A stretch of DNA of 64,000 nucleotides from Haliotis rubra (Eukaryota), in contig NW_025767457.1 of assembly GCF_003918875.1 (NCBI RefSeq), positions 1,364,001 through 1,428,000 on the forward strand. The letters run 5' to 3'. Each line of letters opens with the position of its first letter. Positions within the stretch are counted from its first letter, which is position 1. The translations under genes were made by a program, and so were the position numbers. Below are positions 12,001 through 26,116 of this stretch, piece by piece. Under the pieces are notes generated by a model. The model was given only the letters and a program-made list of their open reading frames with translations, was not told the DNA's origin and searched no databases.

Positions 12001-14490
12001 GTTGTCAAACTGCTTAAGGAGATACTGTTTTTATCCTCTAAAACTCTTCCATAAGATTTCCGAAAAAACAACATAATCTGACGTTAAATACGGATTTTAA
12101 TTGTATTTGTTTGATGAAAGACAAGATAACTCCACTTTAGTCGACGCTATTGTAGATCAATGTGGACCTATGTCTTGATGTTAGTCACCATGTCTTGATG
12201 AACCCATCGTTTGAAACATTTCTTAAAGATAGCGATTTATAACGTACGCAGAAATATTACGTCGTTGGTACAAGATCGTTAACCCCACAATAAACATCTG
12301 ATACACCAGAAGGGAATTTTCCCGTTGTTGTACATCATCAGAGATTTTGCAAAGGACATGGCATCCTTAAACCCGTATGTTATTAATATCTTGATTAAAA
12401 CAGCACCTACAGAAGCCTACAATTCCACAACACAGTCTGATATGACTTCGCTTTAACCAGAAGCTGTGAATTAACAAGTCTAACCTGAATACTAAGTAAG
12501 CCAGGAATCGTCCGAAAGAACTTATGTGTCGCCTTCTGTGATTCTTGTGATGCATTGATGTTCAACCCTCTACGACATCAAGTAGGGAATGTTTGCAAAA
12601 GGTTTTGAAGAGTGAATTGACAGCCAGACCAAGCATAAATCCCTACAGAAACCGAGTGAGATCATGAGTAGCAACAGTGATTCAACAGTAATCATTGTGA
12701 TTACTGCAGTAGTGATTATTGGTATATCCAGACCGTGCAAACATTTTGAATGGGGTAGTGGGAACGTCTGTTAGCGTCATCATAGTAAACGTCATCACAG
12801 AACATAGACGTCACCATGTTTCTGTAGATACATTTGTTCGTGAACCCTTACTTTGTTTATCATTATTCACTTGACTGAACGACCTCACTCACAGCCAGAA
12901 ATGCTAAAAAGGAAAGATGATCACTCAAATCGATTTAAGGTATATATGAGACATTGCCGGCCTGTTTGCTCAGGGAAAAGGAGCCTCCAGTAAATACCTT
13001 ACTTCAGATGCAGACAGATTAAAGTCATTGGATGACGCCACAAGGCTATCTAATCAGATGATGATGAAACACGTGAAAACTATATCAAAGAAACTCTGTG
13101 GTCGTGTAGAGGCAGCTGATCAGAACCTTCGCCTTCATTTACGAACACATATGTAGAATGTCCCTACCAGAAACTCCCCGTGGTTATGGAAACTAATTTT
13201 CTTCACAGACTAATCTGCGTGTGTGCGGCCCTCTGTGGTAAACCCAATTTAAACAAACAAATGAATCCGATTGTGGTCCTATTATACATAAGTCTGTAAA
13301 TTTGTGTATGTTCTGATTCCCAGTGTTCCAGTCTTGCCTACTAGCTGACTATTTAATACAACTAATACTGAGGATCAGTGCGCATCTAAAACACTGAACA
13401 TTGTTCTTTTACGAGTCCTATCATTTCACTTTGGTTTGGATTCACAAGACGGTATTTGAAGGTAGATTCATATGATCTGAATAGAGTTTGGAGTCATAAG
13501 AGTACATTACTCTTGAGGCAAAATGAGGTATACCGAGCTAGTCTGGCACGTTTTTACAGAGCAAAAATCCTGATCAAATATTTGGATCAAAATAATTTGT
13601 TTTTCGTTTGCAAGTTTCGTAGCTATCTAATCATAGCACACTTAATGTTAACTGCATCCCGAGATACATAAGTTTCCTTCAAACCTATCCACCACTGAAG
13701 TTCATCGAAGTTCAAAGAAAGTATGATCTGTACCAAATCCCAAAGCTAAGACGTCATATATCTAGGATCACATTTCCCCTTTGAGACCTTTGCTGGACAA
13801 TGTAACTCTCCTTTGGATCTGCGGACGTTTTCACTTTTCGAAATTTGATAAGAAAATAATATGTATATCTACAGTAGAATCCGCTCGTAATCGCGAGGAT
13901 CTGAATAAAACACAATGTTGGTGCAACACACGCTGAGACACCTTAGCGTGTCAAGTCAGCATCTAAGTGGAATCAAATCAGGCGCCCGGCTGCGTGTATA
14001 CAAACCCGAACACTTAATTTTTTACCAACTGATTTATCCCAAGGACGCAATCGCACTGAATAGCCTCTGGGAAATGTAGGATAAAAAGAATCCGACGAGA
14101 ACACAAATTACTGTTGTTAGTAACCACAGTCAGATGCGCTGTCATCATGTGTCAATGATACTCTTCATAGTATTACGATCAATGTCATTTATAATAATTT
14201 GCTACAGTTTGTATAAACCATAGTCTTTGAGCAATGGGGACAACAATGCACTGGAGTCGGAGTGTCGCATCTGCACAATATCGTGCAATACAAAAATGAA
14301 CAATGGACTGGAAGACCTGAAATAACGATGTGTCTCTTTGGACTTGGCCATCGTTTGGTTTTGTGCTTCACTAATATATTTCTTTATCATACATGTCACA
14401 TACCTAAATACATTAATCCCAAAATTCACCATGCCTTGATATCACTGAAACAATGACCACACAGACATCAGTTCAACAGATGTAACAGGA

Positions 14491-14734
14491 GTGAGTGAGT
14501 GAGTTAATATTTAACGTCACATCGGCAATATCTCAGCCATATCGTGACGAAAACAATTTATACTGTAAAATGTGAAAACATATGGAGGATTAAAAGCTGT
14601 CGACGATGGACATTGAAAATACTAGAGAATCACAGATGTGAATATAAAACTAGCGAGCAAAGTTAAAACATTCCAATTAAAGAAGACAATACAGTATAAA
14701 ACACGGGCTATAGATCGCCAACAACTGAAGGTAG
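14491..14734 (-). mobile_element. 5'-truncated LINE 3' end
   Basis: LINE 3' UTR. 12-bp TSD gatgtaacagga at 14479-14490 and 14735-14746. Confidence 0.92.
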
Positions 14735-16910
14735 GATGTAACAGGATCTAATCGTAGGGTCCATCACAGCTCTGATCATCTGCCATCAACATTCTACCAC
14801 GTATGATTTAATAAAAACAGAATTACATTATGACAGTGTGAGTACTGATAGGCAATTGCTTTAAATGTATCCATGATATGTTTGTCAACTAAAATTGTAT
14901 TACAAAAACCCTGATCAATGTGTCAACTTGTTAGAAAACCAATAAAAGCATTCTACCAGCACCACATTTGTTTAAACATAAACCTTGTATAATTTCACCT
15001 TCACCCTCGATTTTAAGAAAGCAATTGTATCTTAAACATTTATATGCAGCTCACTGGTTCCTCATAGTTGATATACAATTCTCTAAAGGGATGTCAAGAT
15101 CAGATCATGTCTTCTCAAGGAACATGCTATTGAATTGTTTTGGTCAGAAAGGTACTTGTGTGTGTGTCTCCCCAGATTTGAAGATGGACCATTTTCCAGA
15201 TATCATCTTGTGGTACATGTCAGCGGACGATTGTGTGTGAGCTCAATGGCTCAGTAACTGTCCCACTGTCGATCAAAACTGACCATCGACCGCCCTTTCA
15301 GCCTCAACCGAGCAACAACAAGTTCGTGAAATTGTGTTTCGTGAGGTTTGTGCCTGACCTTTGTCATGTTCCACTCCTACAACTCAGAAATCGAGCGTTA
15401 TTGGCTGTTTCGTTTGCGAAATAATGTTATCAACCAAAAGACCGGTCACAAAATTACCTGTGGCAAATTTCCCCTTCATTCAGGCCATTTGCCACCTTTA
15501 GTGGAATTTTCAGAATCAATGTTAATCTGTAGAGAACCGGAACTTATCGATCAGTGCCCAGTAGTTGCAGATGACAACGTCTACCAAGGTGTAATGCTGC
15601 TTAAGGAAACTTGCAGTGTACAGGCGCCATTCTCAAACTCTCAGACCTGAAGGACGAATGTCAACATTTGCAGATATTGAATAAAGATCCGGATCGCAGT
15701 TGATCTGATGGGTTGGAAACTAATGAATGACAAGCATAATGAATGTTTCAGTTTTCAGTATTACTGACCTCAACGCGAAATATCCTGCTGTGCTGAAAGA
15801 GCAAAACTTTAACTCTAATTAGAAAATTATTTTGTGAGAACTTAAAGTATAACAGGGGCGGATTCATTCACATTCAGAAATACTATGTTCTTCCTCTTGA
15901 AACCTGGATATGTTATGGCATGATAAGCTGCCAGAAAAGTATTTCATCCTCAGCATATCTAAAATAAAGGACAAGTTTCCATCGGTAATAGAAACAACAA
16001 TGTTATTATTTGCTATTAGAGTCTTTCATAATAAACTATAACTGTTGTAAAAATAAAAATATATTATTCTCTCCTTTTTGCAAAGGGACTCAAGAGCTAC
16101 GTTCCATTTTGAACTAATAATGATACCTAAACCAGCGTGATAGGGTTAGGGAGCTGAAGACAGAGTAAACTGTGATATTGCGCTGATCATAAAGGCCACA
16201 TTGAGACAAATCTCGACCATCAACAATTTGCTTCAGCTCCTGTCGAAGGTTGTTCCAAATAGCCCGATGGTAGCTTTCTATATTTGGACATTGGGAATAG
16301 CCTAAGCAAACATCGTTAGAGGACACTATTGCCACAGGACGTTCAAAGGGGCAATACGTCCCTAGACACCGACATTCATGAGTCGTAGGGTGAAGTGGTG
16401 TATTGATCTTTTCAATTATCCACTCACAATTTACGATACTAGAGAACACCTCTTACATCATCAGAATAGTTGGGTAGCGTCCTCTACTGAACCTTTACAC
16501 AATTAATTTGTGTTGAAATATTTGCATGAGTTCTTTGCTGGCAAGCATTTAGACTTTCATGAAGAGCATGTTCATGTCATGGGATGGGTCATTCTTAACA
16601 CGAGTTTGTGTGAGACCATATTTTGTGTACCTCGCCGTCAAACTTGCAAAAGGCGGCATAAAAGTATAATCACTCAGCATTATAATTTATATTCTCACCT
16701 TTGTTTGGTTATTTACTTTGAATACTTACATAAGTTATGTATTTATTCCTTAACGCACGTTACCGTAACATAAGATACTGATTCTATTTTTGTAAGAAAG
16801 AACTAATGCTGTCGATTCAGTGGATCGGACTGGTGACTTGAATGATTATATGTCCCCGTTTCATAAACGTGTCACTCGAGTATCTGCTACCTCCGTCATA
16901 TAGCTAATAG

Positions 16911-17280
16911 AGGATATTATATGAGTGCCCATGTCATAGTATGTTTACGACACGAGTGCCTAAATGTTGGTATTTCCCGAGCGAGAGCGAGGGATATACC
17001 GATCTTTAGGCACGAGTGTCGTAAACATAGTATGATATGGACACGAATATAATATTCTGTTTATTACCGAAGTCGTCAAATTGAGGAAAATAATCCAAAT
17101 CTACTTTCAAACATAGGCTGTCTACCCGCCGTCGTCGCATGTAGAACGCAACGTCACAGAAGAAACGTGACGTCATAGCATTGTTCATGACGTCACTTCA
17201 CCATGACAAAGTGATATTTTGCCCTAGGGCATCGTATGAAAAATATGAACCCCGATATGTTCGCCCTCGTAGGTAATAAA
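16911..17280. mobile_element. Non-autonomous element with a long terminal hairpin; related-looking elements at 20676-21094 and ~31810-31870
   Basis: Imperfect inverted repeat 16913-17057 (catagtatgtttacgacacgagtgcctaaa / tttaggcacgagtgtcgtaaacatagtatg). Family not identified. Confidence 0.6.
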
Positions 17281-18229
17281 GATTAAAAATACCAAATATG
17301 ACATGCGTCGATTCAGCTACATATAATTAAAGTAATTAGTCACGTTTCACCTAAGAATGTTATACCCTGGGCAAAAGGACTTTTTCCAGCTATATGGCGT
17401 AGATCTCGAATAAATGGGATCTAGACCAGATAACCCCGTGATTATCCTGACGTGCACAGATATAAGCAACTGAAACACGTTGGTTGCATCCAGTAAGTCG
17501 GCGAACCTGACTGATCGTTCGTTAGTCACCTTTTGTATTGACCACTAAACATCAATCCTTACCCAGATATTCACAGTTTACGAACACAAGTAAAGAAGGT
17601 ATTTTATGTTCTCAAACTGTGTACTTTACGCCAGGCAGTGGTGACAGAACACCAAAGCGTGATTGAAAGGAGGACCGCACGTTCGCCGTGGTACATGAAC
17701 TCATTGTATTCCTACATGATTCGTTAATGAGGGATAACACATGGCTGTCTTTCAACACCACCCAATCTTGATTTCCCATTAGGGGCACCAGCACAGGCCT
17801 GTTAAACCGAACGGGGAACCATTTTTATTCAGCGAGTCAATGCTGGTAGCTCCAGGAGAAGATTGAATCTAGGAGGATTGTGGATGTTCAGTTGCTCAGT
17901 GCATACATCACTATGTCATTTGTCTGATTTTTGATGACACGAGAGAATCATTCATTTTGATAGCGCACGATGACAGTTTTAAATTTTCGCAAGCCTGTAG
18001 TGTAATGATGTACTGACACTGGTCCTGTCATTCATGTCGAGTCGGTATGTGACCATGACCCATTTACATGTATCATTTGAGCTGACCCTTTAATGAACTT
18101 GACGGTGTTTTCCAGTTCCAACAGTAAGGACCCAAATCGTACTTCCAGCACTCCTCTCACCTTATGGCTGATGGGTGTCTCAGGTTCGAGAAGTCATATT
18201 TCAAGATCATGCATTTGTTTTCTTTTATG

Positions 18230-19460
18230 GTATGGTATAAACAAATTACAGATGTTGTTATAGGTATTTCTGAAGTAAGACTACAGAAAATGCATGTGTT
18301 TAGCGGAATCAAACACGATCAGATTTAAACATATAGATCACACTCTTGAATATGACTCTAAACAGAATTCTTTATGTTTCCATACACAAATCTCGGATGC
18401 AGGTGAAAGTCAATGCCTAATGTCGATAATGACGTTATGCAGAGAATCATATGCAGCAGAGACGTGAGAACGTTTGAAATGCCCATTCATGGTGTGAATT
18501 CACAGCGTTGGGATATCGACCAAAGATTTTATTTTTTTTCAAGGGAAAAGGTTCCACTGCATATGAACCTGATTGCACTTGACGCTGGCATTATCACACT
18601 GTAATCAGCAACGGGTGGCCTCACTGCCACTGATATGCTTGGCTGTTCCCTGGTGAAATTAGAATAGTGCTTGATCGAGCTCCATTGCCTTACAAGAATT
18701 TCCTCACTGATTGGTTGTTTTTCGTTCCGTGATATACCCTCGGTTGTAATACAGACCCAATGTCAGTGAAACCAATCCGAATGATGATATATGATCGGAA
18801 TCAAGTTCCTCAGGGCCACTCGTGATGTCGTTCAATTTTCATCTCCAGCTCATCTGATTCCTTCCTCTAACAGACATGCAGATCAAAGACCAGGTTAAAC
18901 AAACTCCATGAGGCAAAGCTCACATAAAAGAAACAGTTTTCAAAGAAATAATCAAATGTTTGTATCTTTTAGAGATGAGTGAATCGGGGAACCTGTGCAT
19001 CGCAGACATAATTTGAAGAAAGGTTTCAAATTATTCCGAAATGCATCAAGTCCGTCGTCACTTCGAATAAAAATTATCCAGCCTATGAATAGCTGGTGCT
19101 TATGGATATGCATAGGTTGGATAAATGTTTCACTGATTCTCATAAATCTAATGGAACAGAGATGAATATTTTCATTTGACAAATATATTCAAGTGAAACG
19201 AATTAGATCTGGAGTGGACATGAGCATCAACATTATGGGGAAATTATTGCAGTGTTTGCATGATATTGGTATCTGCTGAAAACTTGAACAGCTATGTAAC
19301 AGGGCAATAAAGAGATCGATGAAATATACTGAACCAAGTGACAGGTACGACTAGAGGGGCCTATGAATATCCAGTATCGATGAGGACTGAACGTCACAGT
19401 TTTCATGCATATGACAATCTGAACCTGATTACACTTGAGTTTTGAGTGCTTGACGTTTCT
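18230..19460 (+). pseudogene. EVE unit U2, fused ORF-A / nucleoprotein-like / ORF-C remnants (internally deleted)
   Basis: DNA is homologous to 28440-28600, 29630-30510 and 30720-30895. NRGTCASQT (18982), NYSEMH (19029), GHEHQHYGEIIAVF (19216), RAIKRSM...FHAYDNLNLITLE. Confidence 0.6.
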
Positions 19461-20380
19461 GCCTATCGTATAGATGGCCGTATGTTGCCAGTGAACACAT
19501 ATATTTTGACTTTTGACACGCTAGTACTACAAAGTTCTATTAAAGCTGGATGCTTACTGATGCATGATGACCTCTTCATCCCGCACCCTACACGTTTCCA
19601 ATGAATAAGCTCACTGGCTACAGATGTTGGGAATCTGATCATAATGGTATGACATGTGCCACCACCATCAAGTATTTGCATTGCCAAGGCAACAATATGG
19701 CCTCTTCAATGGGCAGGTCAGTGTGGAAGTATGAGGCAAATGTGAAAAAATAGTCAGCTACCCTGATGCCAGAACATAGGCTCGTTTAATCACACTTGAA
19801 AACACCAGTCGTCCATCACATGCTTCTGAAGCCAAAATATGGCATCAGTTCCATAACTGACTTGGGTAGCATCAGAACATCACTAAAACATTTTCTGAAG
19901 TTGAACCTAATCTGATACTCGTGAAGGTCGGGTTAGAATATTGATTGCGCAGATCGATGCTCATGTTGTTGATCACTGGATTGTCTGGTGCAGACTCGAT
20001 TATTTACAGACCGCCGTCATATAGCTGGAATGTTACTGAGTGCGGCGTAAAACTAACCTCACTCACTCACCTAATCTGATATGTTCAAATACGATTAAAC
20101 CTACCAAAGTTGACTCAATGCAAAAGACAAACTCAATCTGATCGCGTACCAAAGGTACTCAAAATTATTGCACTCCTACAGCAGAATTGGTTGCTGGAGA
20201 ATATGGACTTATTATCCCAGTTGAGTACCAGTGGCCTCACCAGTGGTGGATCGCCTGAAAAGACAGGGAGAGGTATGTCACCAGTAACTCCCCCCTTCAA
20301 TGAGTAATACAAACACATTAATTCAGTGGATTTGGAGAGGGCTCACTTTGATCAGGTTAAACTTAATCCAGTGGTGTTTG
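19460..20380 (+). mobile_element. Highly degraded Gypsy-type LTR retrotransposon gag/pol remnant
   Basis: GYRCWESDHNGMTC (CCHC-like, 19616), GQVSVEV, and LENMDL.../W.ASPVV..LKRQGEV (RT N-terminus-like, ~20195-20280). Confidence 0.45.
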
Positions 20381-20387
20381 AACACTG

Positions 20388-20675
20388 CGAGTGGGTGAAT
20401 GAGTTAAGAAAAATTCATCGCATCGGCAATATTACAGACATATAGCGATGAAAACAAGGTAATCAATATAAAATATCTGTCGACAAATGACAGTAAACCC
20501 AAAGAGACTACCACAGTGCCTTTGCTACCTGCATGGACCCAGCTGGATTTACACCATCCCTTCAGCTGCTGGCGATTGTGGGAAAAGTTTAGCCGAATTT
20601 TAAAAGAACAAAAATACAACGTTTAAAAATCTGGTAAGCTTAAATTAACTTTGAAAGCTTTGGGACTTACGTACC
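20388..20675 (-). mobile_element. Deleted LINE 3' UTR fragment
   Basis: Matches the 3' UTR of the LINEs at 41100-41658 and 58300-58862. Confidence 0.85.
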
Positions 20676-23600
20676 TGAGCCCGAAGGGCGAGGGCAACAT
20701 AAACTAACATCGAGGGTACATCAACCCATGGGCCCCGAGGGACCAGTGAACAACGTATTTATCTTACCGAACACCTTAATGTTAATTTGGAATTGTTTGA
20801 AGAAGGGGTGCAAATCTTTTTGTAGCCATTGCTAGACATAGCTGACAAGAAAAACAGATTTAGAGTTATCTCCCTTCCATCGATTTGCATTCGCAAAACA
20901 TCGGTAATTTCCGTACATCATACGTGATTCAATGTTATTCGAGATAAAGAATTACTTCAACGAAGTACCAAATGAGTTGCTATTGACAGCGGGGTACATT
21001 GAAATGTTACTCGCTTGTAAGCGAGGTACATTGAAAATAATAGAAGAGCGCTCAGCCAATCAGAAAGCGACATTTATGTGTGAGGTAAGATAATACAGTT
21101 TGAGAATCAGAACTGCAGTGATTTTGACGACGCTGGACCCAGTAACCACTGCCACTGCAAACGATACTATGTGAGTTGCCATCTATTAGCAGGTATATTG
21201 TATCCGCCGTCCCTTAAATATCACATGGATTGATTCCTTTGCTTTTCAAAACCCAGGCAAGTATCGATTGCCGTTTTTTTGAGTTGCTTGGGTCGTATTC
21301 ATTGATATCACTGATAACCATGTTGTTTCAAGTTTATGCGTAGGAAGAATAAAAAACAGGATCTTTTGTGACAGGACAGGCTCGAGTTCTGATGAAAGAT
21401 GGAGATTCTTAATGGGACCAAATCAAGGAATCTTGTTGTTTAGAGAGTCTAAATGCGTCATGAGGTGCAATGGGTGACTGTACATCCTGCCGTTGCTCTT
21501 CCTTTTTCCGTTTGGTAGGAAACAGAAAGCTAAATGTAAAATGTAAATCTTTGAAAAAGTAGTCTTGCATAATGACACCAGAGAATGCTGAAAAACAGTT
21601 GTATGAAGAAAGCATTTTTATACTGTGATGTCTTTTTAATCCCCTGAACATCATTTTCCGCAAAGGCAACGTAAATCCATGGGCGTTAAATATTGGTCTT
21701 AAATGTATTTGTTTGTTGACAAGTTGAAAGGAATCCATTTGATTCGAGATCAGTTTGGTTTAACATGGACCTTTGAAACCCCGGAAAGTGACAATGAGTT
21801 CAAGAATGTTGAAGTAGAAAGCCAAGTTTTCATGAACCAATCACCTGAATCATCTCTTTAAAGGTAACGGTTAAATAAATATTACATGTTTCACATAATT
21901 ATGCGTGTAACTACAAAACATCTTTTTAAAGCCAGTTTTACTTGTGTTGCCGTGTTAAATGATGTTTTATATTTGAGGTTGGCTGATGATAATCAACGTT
22001 GGGAAATGTAGAATTGTTGTTGCGGAAGGATATGAGCAGCTGTACCCATGAAGTGATTAGTTTAGTCCATGCTGTAACAAACAAATGCATACAAAATCCA
22101 GTTAGTATTTTTCTCGTTGCTCTGCATGATTCGACGTTTTTAAATAGAGATAACATCCATACTATTAGCCTTGGCGGGATATCATAACATCGTGATTACC
22201 GCGACAAGTTCGTGAAGGCCTCGAAAGGCTTATACTCTCACAAGGAAACTGCGTTCTTGGGATTTATTGCCCTCCTAATCACTCTGATACGACCTTAGCT
22301 TCAGCACGAAACAGCGAATTATCAGCACTTATTTAAATCATGAACCATCGAAAAGACTTAAAGTAACCCCTTCTATTATTCTTGTGATGCGCTGACAATT
22401 CCCCCTAGACGTCAAGTGGAGAATGTAGTAGTTCTTTTGAGCGAATAACAGCCACACCAAGCATTACGCCCTACAAATACTGAGTGATATCGAACATCCT
22501 CCATGTCAACAGTACGTGGCGTTGTGATGGATTACTATGCTACTGATCATGTATCGTCTATGGACACGTTGTGGCGATGGACTACGGAGGCATGGATGTA
22601 TTCAGTCACTGCAGACATTTTGAATTGTTGTAGTGCGTTGTATTTCAAAGTGGATTTGTCAAGATATGATTTTGTAGATTAATTTTTTCAGGATATATTT
22701 TTCCATTTACCTATATTCAGTATGGTCAAGAACCACTTGAAGAAGTGTAACTTCCAACGGTACTTCTTCTGATTGAAAGACCTCACACATTGCTAGAAAT
22801 GCTAAAAAGGACATTTCATCAGTCAAGTGGATATACGGTTTATCTGAGACATCGTCGGCCTGTTTGTGCAGAAATAAAGTGCCTCCGGTAAAGACCTTAA
22901 ATCAGGGGCAGACAGTCAATGATTAAAGATATTGGACGAAGCCAGCAAGCTCTGTAATAACATGACGATGGAAAACATGTAAACTATATCAAAGAAACTG
23001 TCTGGTCGTACACAGACTGCCTGAAGATCAGAACATTTGCCTTCATTTACGAACGTGTACGTAGAATGCCCCAACCAGAAACACCCCTTGGTTATAAAAT
23101 CTAATATTCCTTACAGACGGATTCTATTCTGGTCAGTCCTCTCGGTAAAGCCAATTTAACCATACAAGTTAATCCGATTGTAGTTGTTCCATTCTAAGTC
23201 TGCGAATCTGTGTATGTTTTGAAATACAATATTCCAGTCTCTTTCACTAACTATCTATTTAATACAGTGACATTTGAAAGTTAGTACCTTTCTAAACAAA
23301 ATTACGGTATTCTTCAAACAGATCTATATGATTTGAATCTGACTTGTACACAGTGTCATAAGATTGTATTTCTCTTGAAGCTGAAGAAAGCCAATATGTT
23401 CCGCGATCTTGTTGGTCAAATGTTTACAGAAGAGATACCCAGATCAAACATTCGGTTCCGAAGGATCAGATATTTTCTTTGCAAGCTATCTAATCGCATC
23501 ACACGGAATCACTGATGAGTACCATTCCCTTGGAGAAGCACTGTATATGGAAAATCTAATAATCCTGAGAATGAAATGAAATTGTATTGTTTTGCAGATG

Positions 23601-24257
23601 GAGCCCTTTATACAGCGGGTACATGTTTTGCAATATTTACTGATATACACTGAGTTTCATATCGACAGTGCACTTACAGGTAAAACAGGTATACGTTGTA
23701 GTTGATATAGTTCATGATGATATACTCATGGAAAATCGGTATTTAATGTTAACCACTGAAGGTCATCGAATTTCAAAGAAAGCATGACCTCACATTACCC
23801 CTCCTGAAATAGATGTCTTGTGGCTGGAAACGTGTATCAGTCTGGAATCTTGTTATTTGAGCACAATACGTTTTGCTCACTGACGTTAAGATCCTTTCTT
23901 AAACTTTACTGTAAGCTTAATTCCACAAACGTAGCTTACTGATGTGTCTAGACCTGCACTGGAAAGGAAGCCAAATCTGGGTGCCATGTCGCACTGTACA
24001 GGCACTTTCATCTCATAGCCATCCAACGCCATGAGTCTTTATTTGCTTTCCACAGCAACCATAGATTTCAATACAGGACAAACACTCGAGACTGTAAAGA
24101 CACAACGTGGATCAGTGTGTGTAGCTTCTCCACTCATTGTTCGTGTTTTATAGTGTGCTGATAACATTTCAAGATTTCCATTGTCGTATAGGGCTTTAGG
24201 TAGCAAAGTGGTTTATGGTGATTAATGCCCAATTAACGTTACGACTGTCCATTTTGA

Positions 24258-24613
24258 GGTGAGGTGAGGTGAGATTGGGTTTAACGTCGTGCTTGAGAAT
24301 ATTTCGCTCATATGACGACGTGCATGCGAGTGTATGTGTGTGTGCGGCTGCTTGTACTAGCCCAGACTTAAGCTGGTTTTATAGTGCTAGCCCACTGAGA
24401 TACCATGCCGCAGTGAAGCATGAATACCCCACTCAGACACATTATACTGACTCCGAGCCGACCAGCCCTTGTTGTACCCATTAATGCCGAGCGCCAGGCA
24501 GGGACCAACAAGTACCATATTTTAACGTCTTTTGGTATGACGCGGTCGGGCATCGAACCCGCGACCTTCCGCTCTCCGGGCGGACGCTCTAACCACTACA
24601 CCACGGAGGCGGT
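24258..24613 (-). mobile_element. tRNA-derived SINE (family 3, V-SINE/RUDI-like)
   Basis: tRNA-like head with A and B boxes, central gctcggagtcagtataatgtgtctgagtgggg domain and (CTCAC)n tail. 13-bp TSD ctgtccattttga at 24245-24257 and 24614-24626. Confidence 0.9.
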
Positions 24614-25688
24614 CTGTCCATTTTGAACATAGCACCACTTTGATCAAAGATTCTACCCAGTGCATGATTTAGCGCTGGACCATAGAGGGACACTGGTATA
24701 TTGGTTTATATGACACTGATGTTAAACCATAGGAATGCAAGGAACACTACGTTGAACATATCTCAGTAATTACAAGATATTCAAATGCAAAATACTCTCA
24801 GGCAAACTGGCTGCTGAAACAAATGCAGGAATTATTTTAAAGTTCTATTTGACTGAGTTGAAATTTACGATGTGTATTTAAATTGATGCGGTCAGTGATT
24901 ACCCTGTTTCAATCAAATATTATGCACTTGTTTGCAAGCAGAAATACGGTCTGTTTGTTAGCCTGCCATCATGAGTGCAACACCTTAGCGTGTCAGATAA
25001 CATGTAACTGGAATTAAATCACACGCCCGACTGTGTGTGTATAAAGCAGAACACTTGATGTTCTATCAGCTGATTCATCTCAAGGATATAATCGCACTTG
25101 ATAGCAAGTGGGGAATAAAAGATAAAACAAATCGACGAAAACTCAAAATAGGGTTGTAACTCAAAACCATCAATTGGTCCCAGTTAAACTCTTTAGCTTC
25201 ATGGATAATACGATCAAAGTCGTTTAATGTTATATTTCCCCGTTTGTGTAGACCAGAGTCTTTGACCAACGTCCCATGTCTAAAATATGACACATGGTTT
25301 GGTTTAGCAGTGATTCGGTACGATCGACCCTCTTCCTTGAGCATGGCCATGTTGAAATTTTGTGGTTTTGTTATACATTTCTTGATCGTACACATCATGT
25401 AACCAGACGTGAGTTAAATCACTTATACACTCTGGCCACGACACTTCATCTGCACGTATATGTACCTAATATGTATCAACATACTAGTATTTTTCCACGA
25501 TCTGTGCTATTCTGGGATGTATACATATACGCCATTAAATCATTCAAATCGTGTTATATGAAAACAGTAATATATAATCACAACGTAAGTATACAGATGC
25601 AATGTTTCAGTTTCAGACTTATTACTGCATATAGTAATTACGAAATCATTGCACAGGAATAAACAAGAGATAAGTTTCATAATATATA

Positions 25689-26116
25689 TGTTACAGTCAG
25701 ATTGTGAAACCAGTCATTTCGTGGAATGAATTTCAGTCATTTCGTGAAATGACTAAGAAGATCAGCCAGTTCGCTATTGGCTCTATAAATAGGTTTGGAC
25801 GGTTCCATCAAATTTGATGTAAATGTGCTTGATAACGATTGCCAATGTCCATGATGCACGAAACAAATCGCCAAAACGCATTTTGTGGACCCGACTCTCA
25901 AAAACATGAAACACATGTCTTAGTCGGATACATGGGAAAGATCGTGCGAAAATTCAGTATAAATGGCCTGTCCAACACTGCAATATCACTGCACATAAAG
26001 TCACCCAGAGAGAATGCCAAGGTTAACCCAGGAAGAAAGAGAACGAGCAGTAGGCATAGTTGAATGGCTCACCCTCTTAGTTATTTCACGAAATGACTGA
26101 TTTCACAATCAGAACA
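25689..26116. mobile_element. MITE with terminal inverted repeats
   Basis: Left gattgtgaaaccagtcatttcgtg and right cacgaaatgactgatttcacaatc are inverted. Flanked by TA runs. Confidence 0.75.

Larger units (their letters stand above)
8700..16620 (+). pseudogene. EVE unit U1, decayed L protein (RdRp-PRNTase-MTase) of a negative-strand RNA virus, interrupted by retroelements
   Basis: Colinear remnants: VDKLYGF (10583), GGGETYFQ (10945), MYCKDYVI...FFKKISKA (11108), ERPHSQPEMLKR (12877), NYIKETLWS, KLPVVMETNFLHRL (13171-13212), VSVFSITDL and HSEIL (15740-15890). Many stops and frameshifts. Confidence 0.8.

Noticed and set aside
16114-16449. Minus-strand ORFs over the repeated blocks (also 18952-19182, 27212-27484, 52070-52288, 60471-60662) as the real proteins
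   Set aside because: They are shadows of the + strand L and N frames. Recognisable motifs and conservative substitutions lie on the + strand.
8700-16620. An intact, co-opted viral gene or contaminating viral contig
   Set aside because: Every copy is riddled with stops and frameshifts and is interrupted by host retroelements with TSDs, so it is integrated and non-coding.
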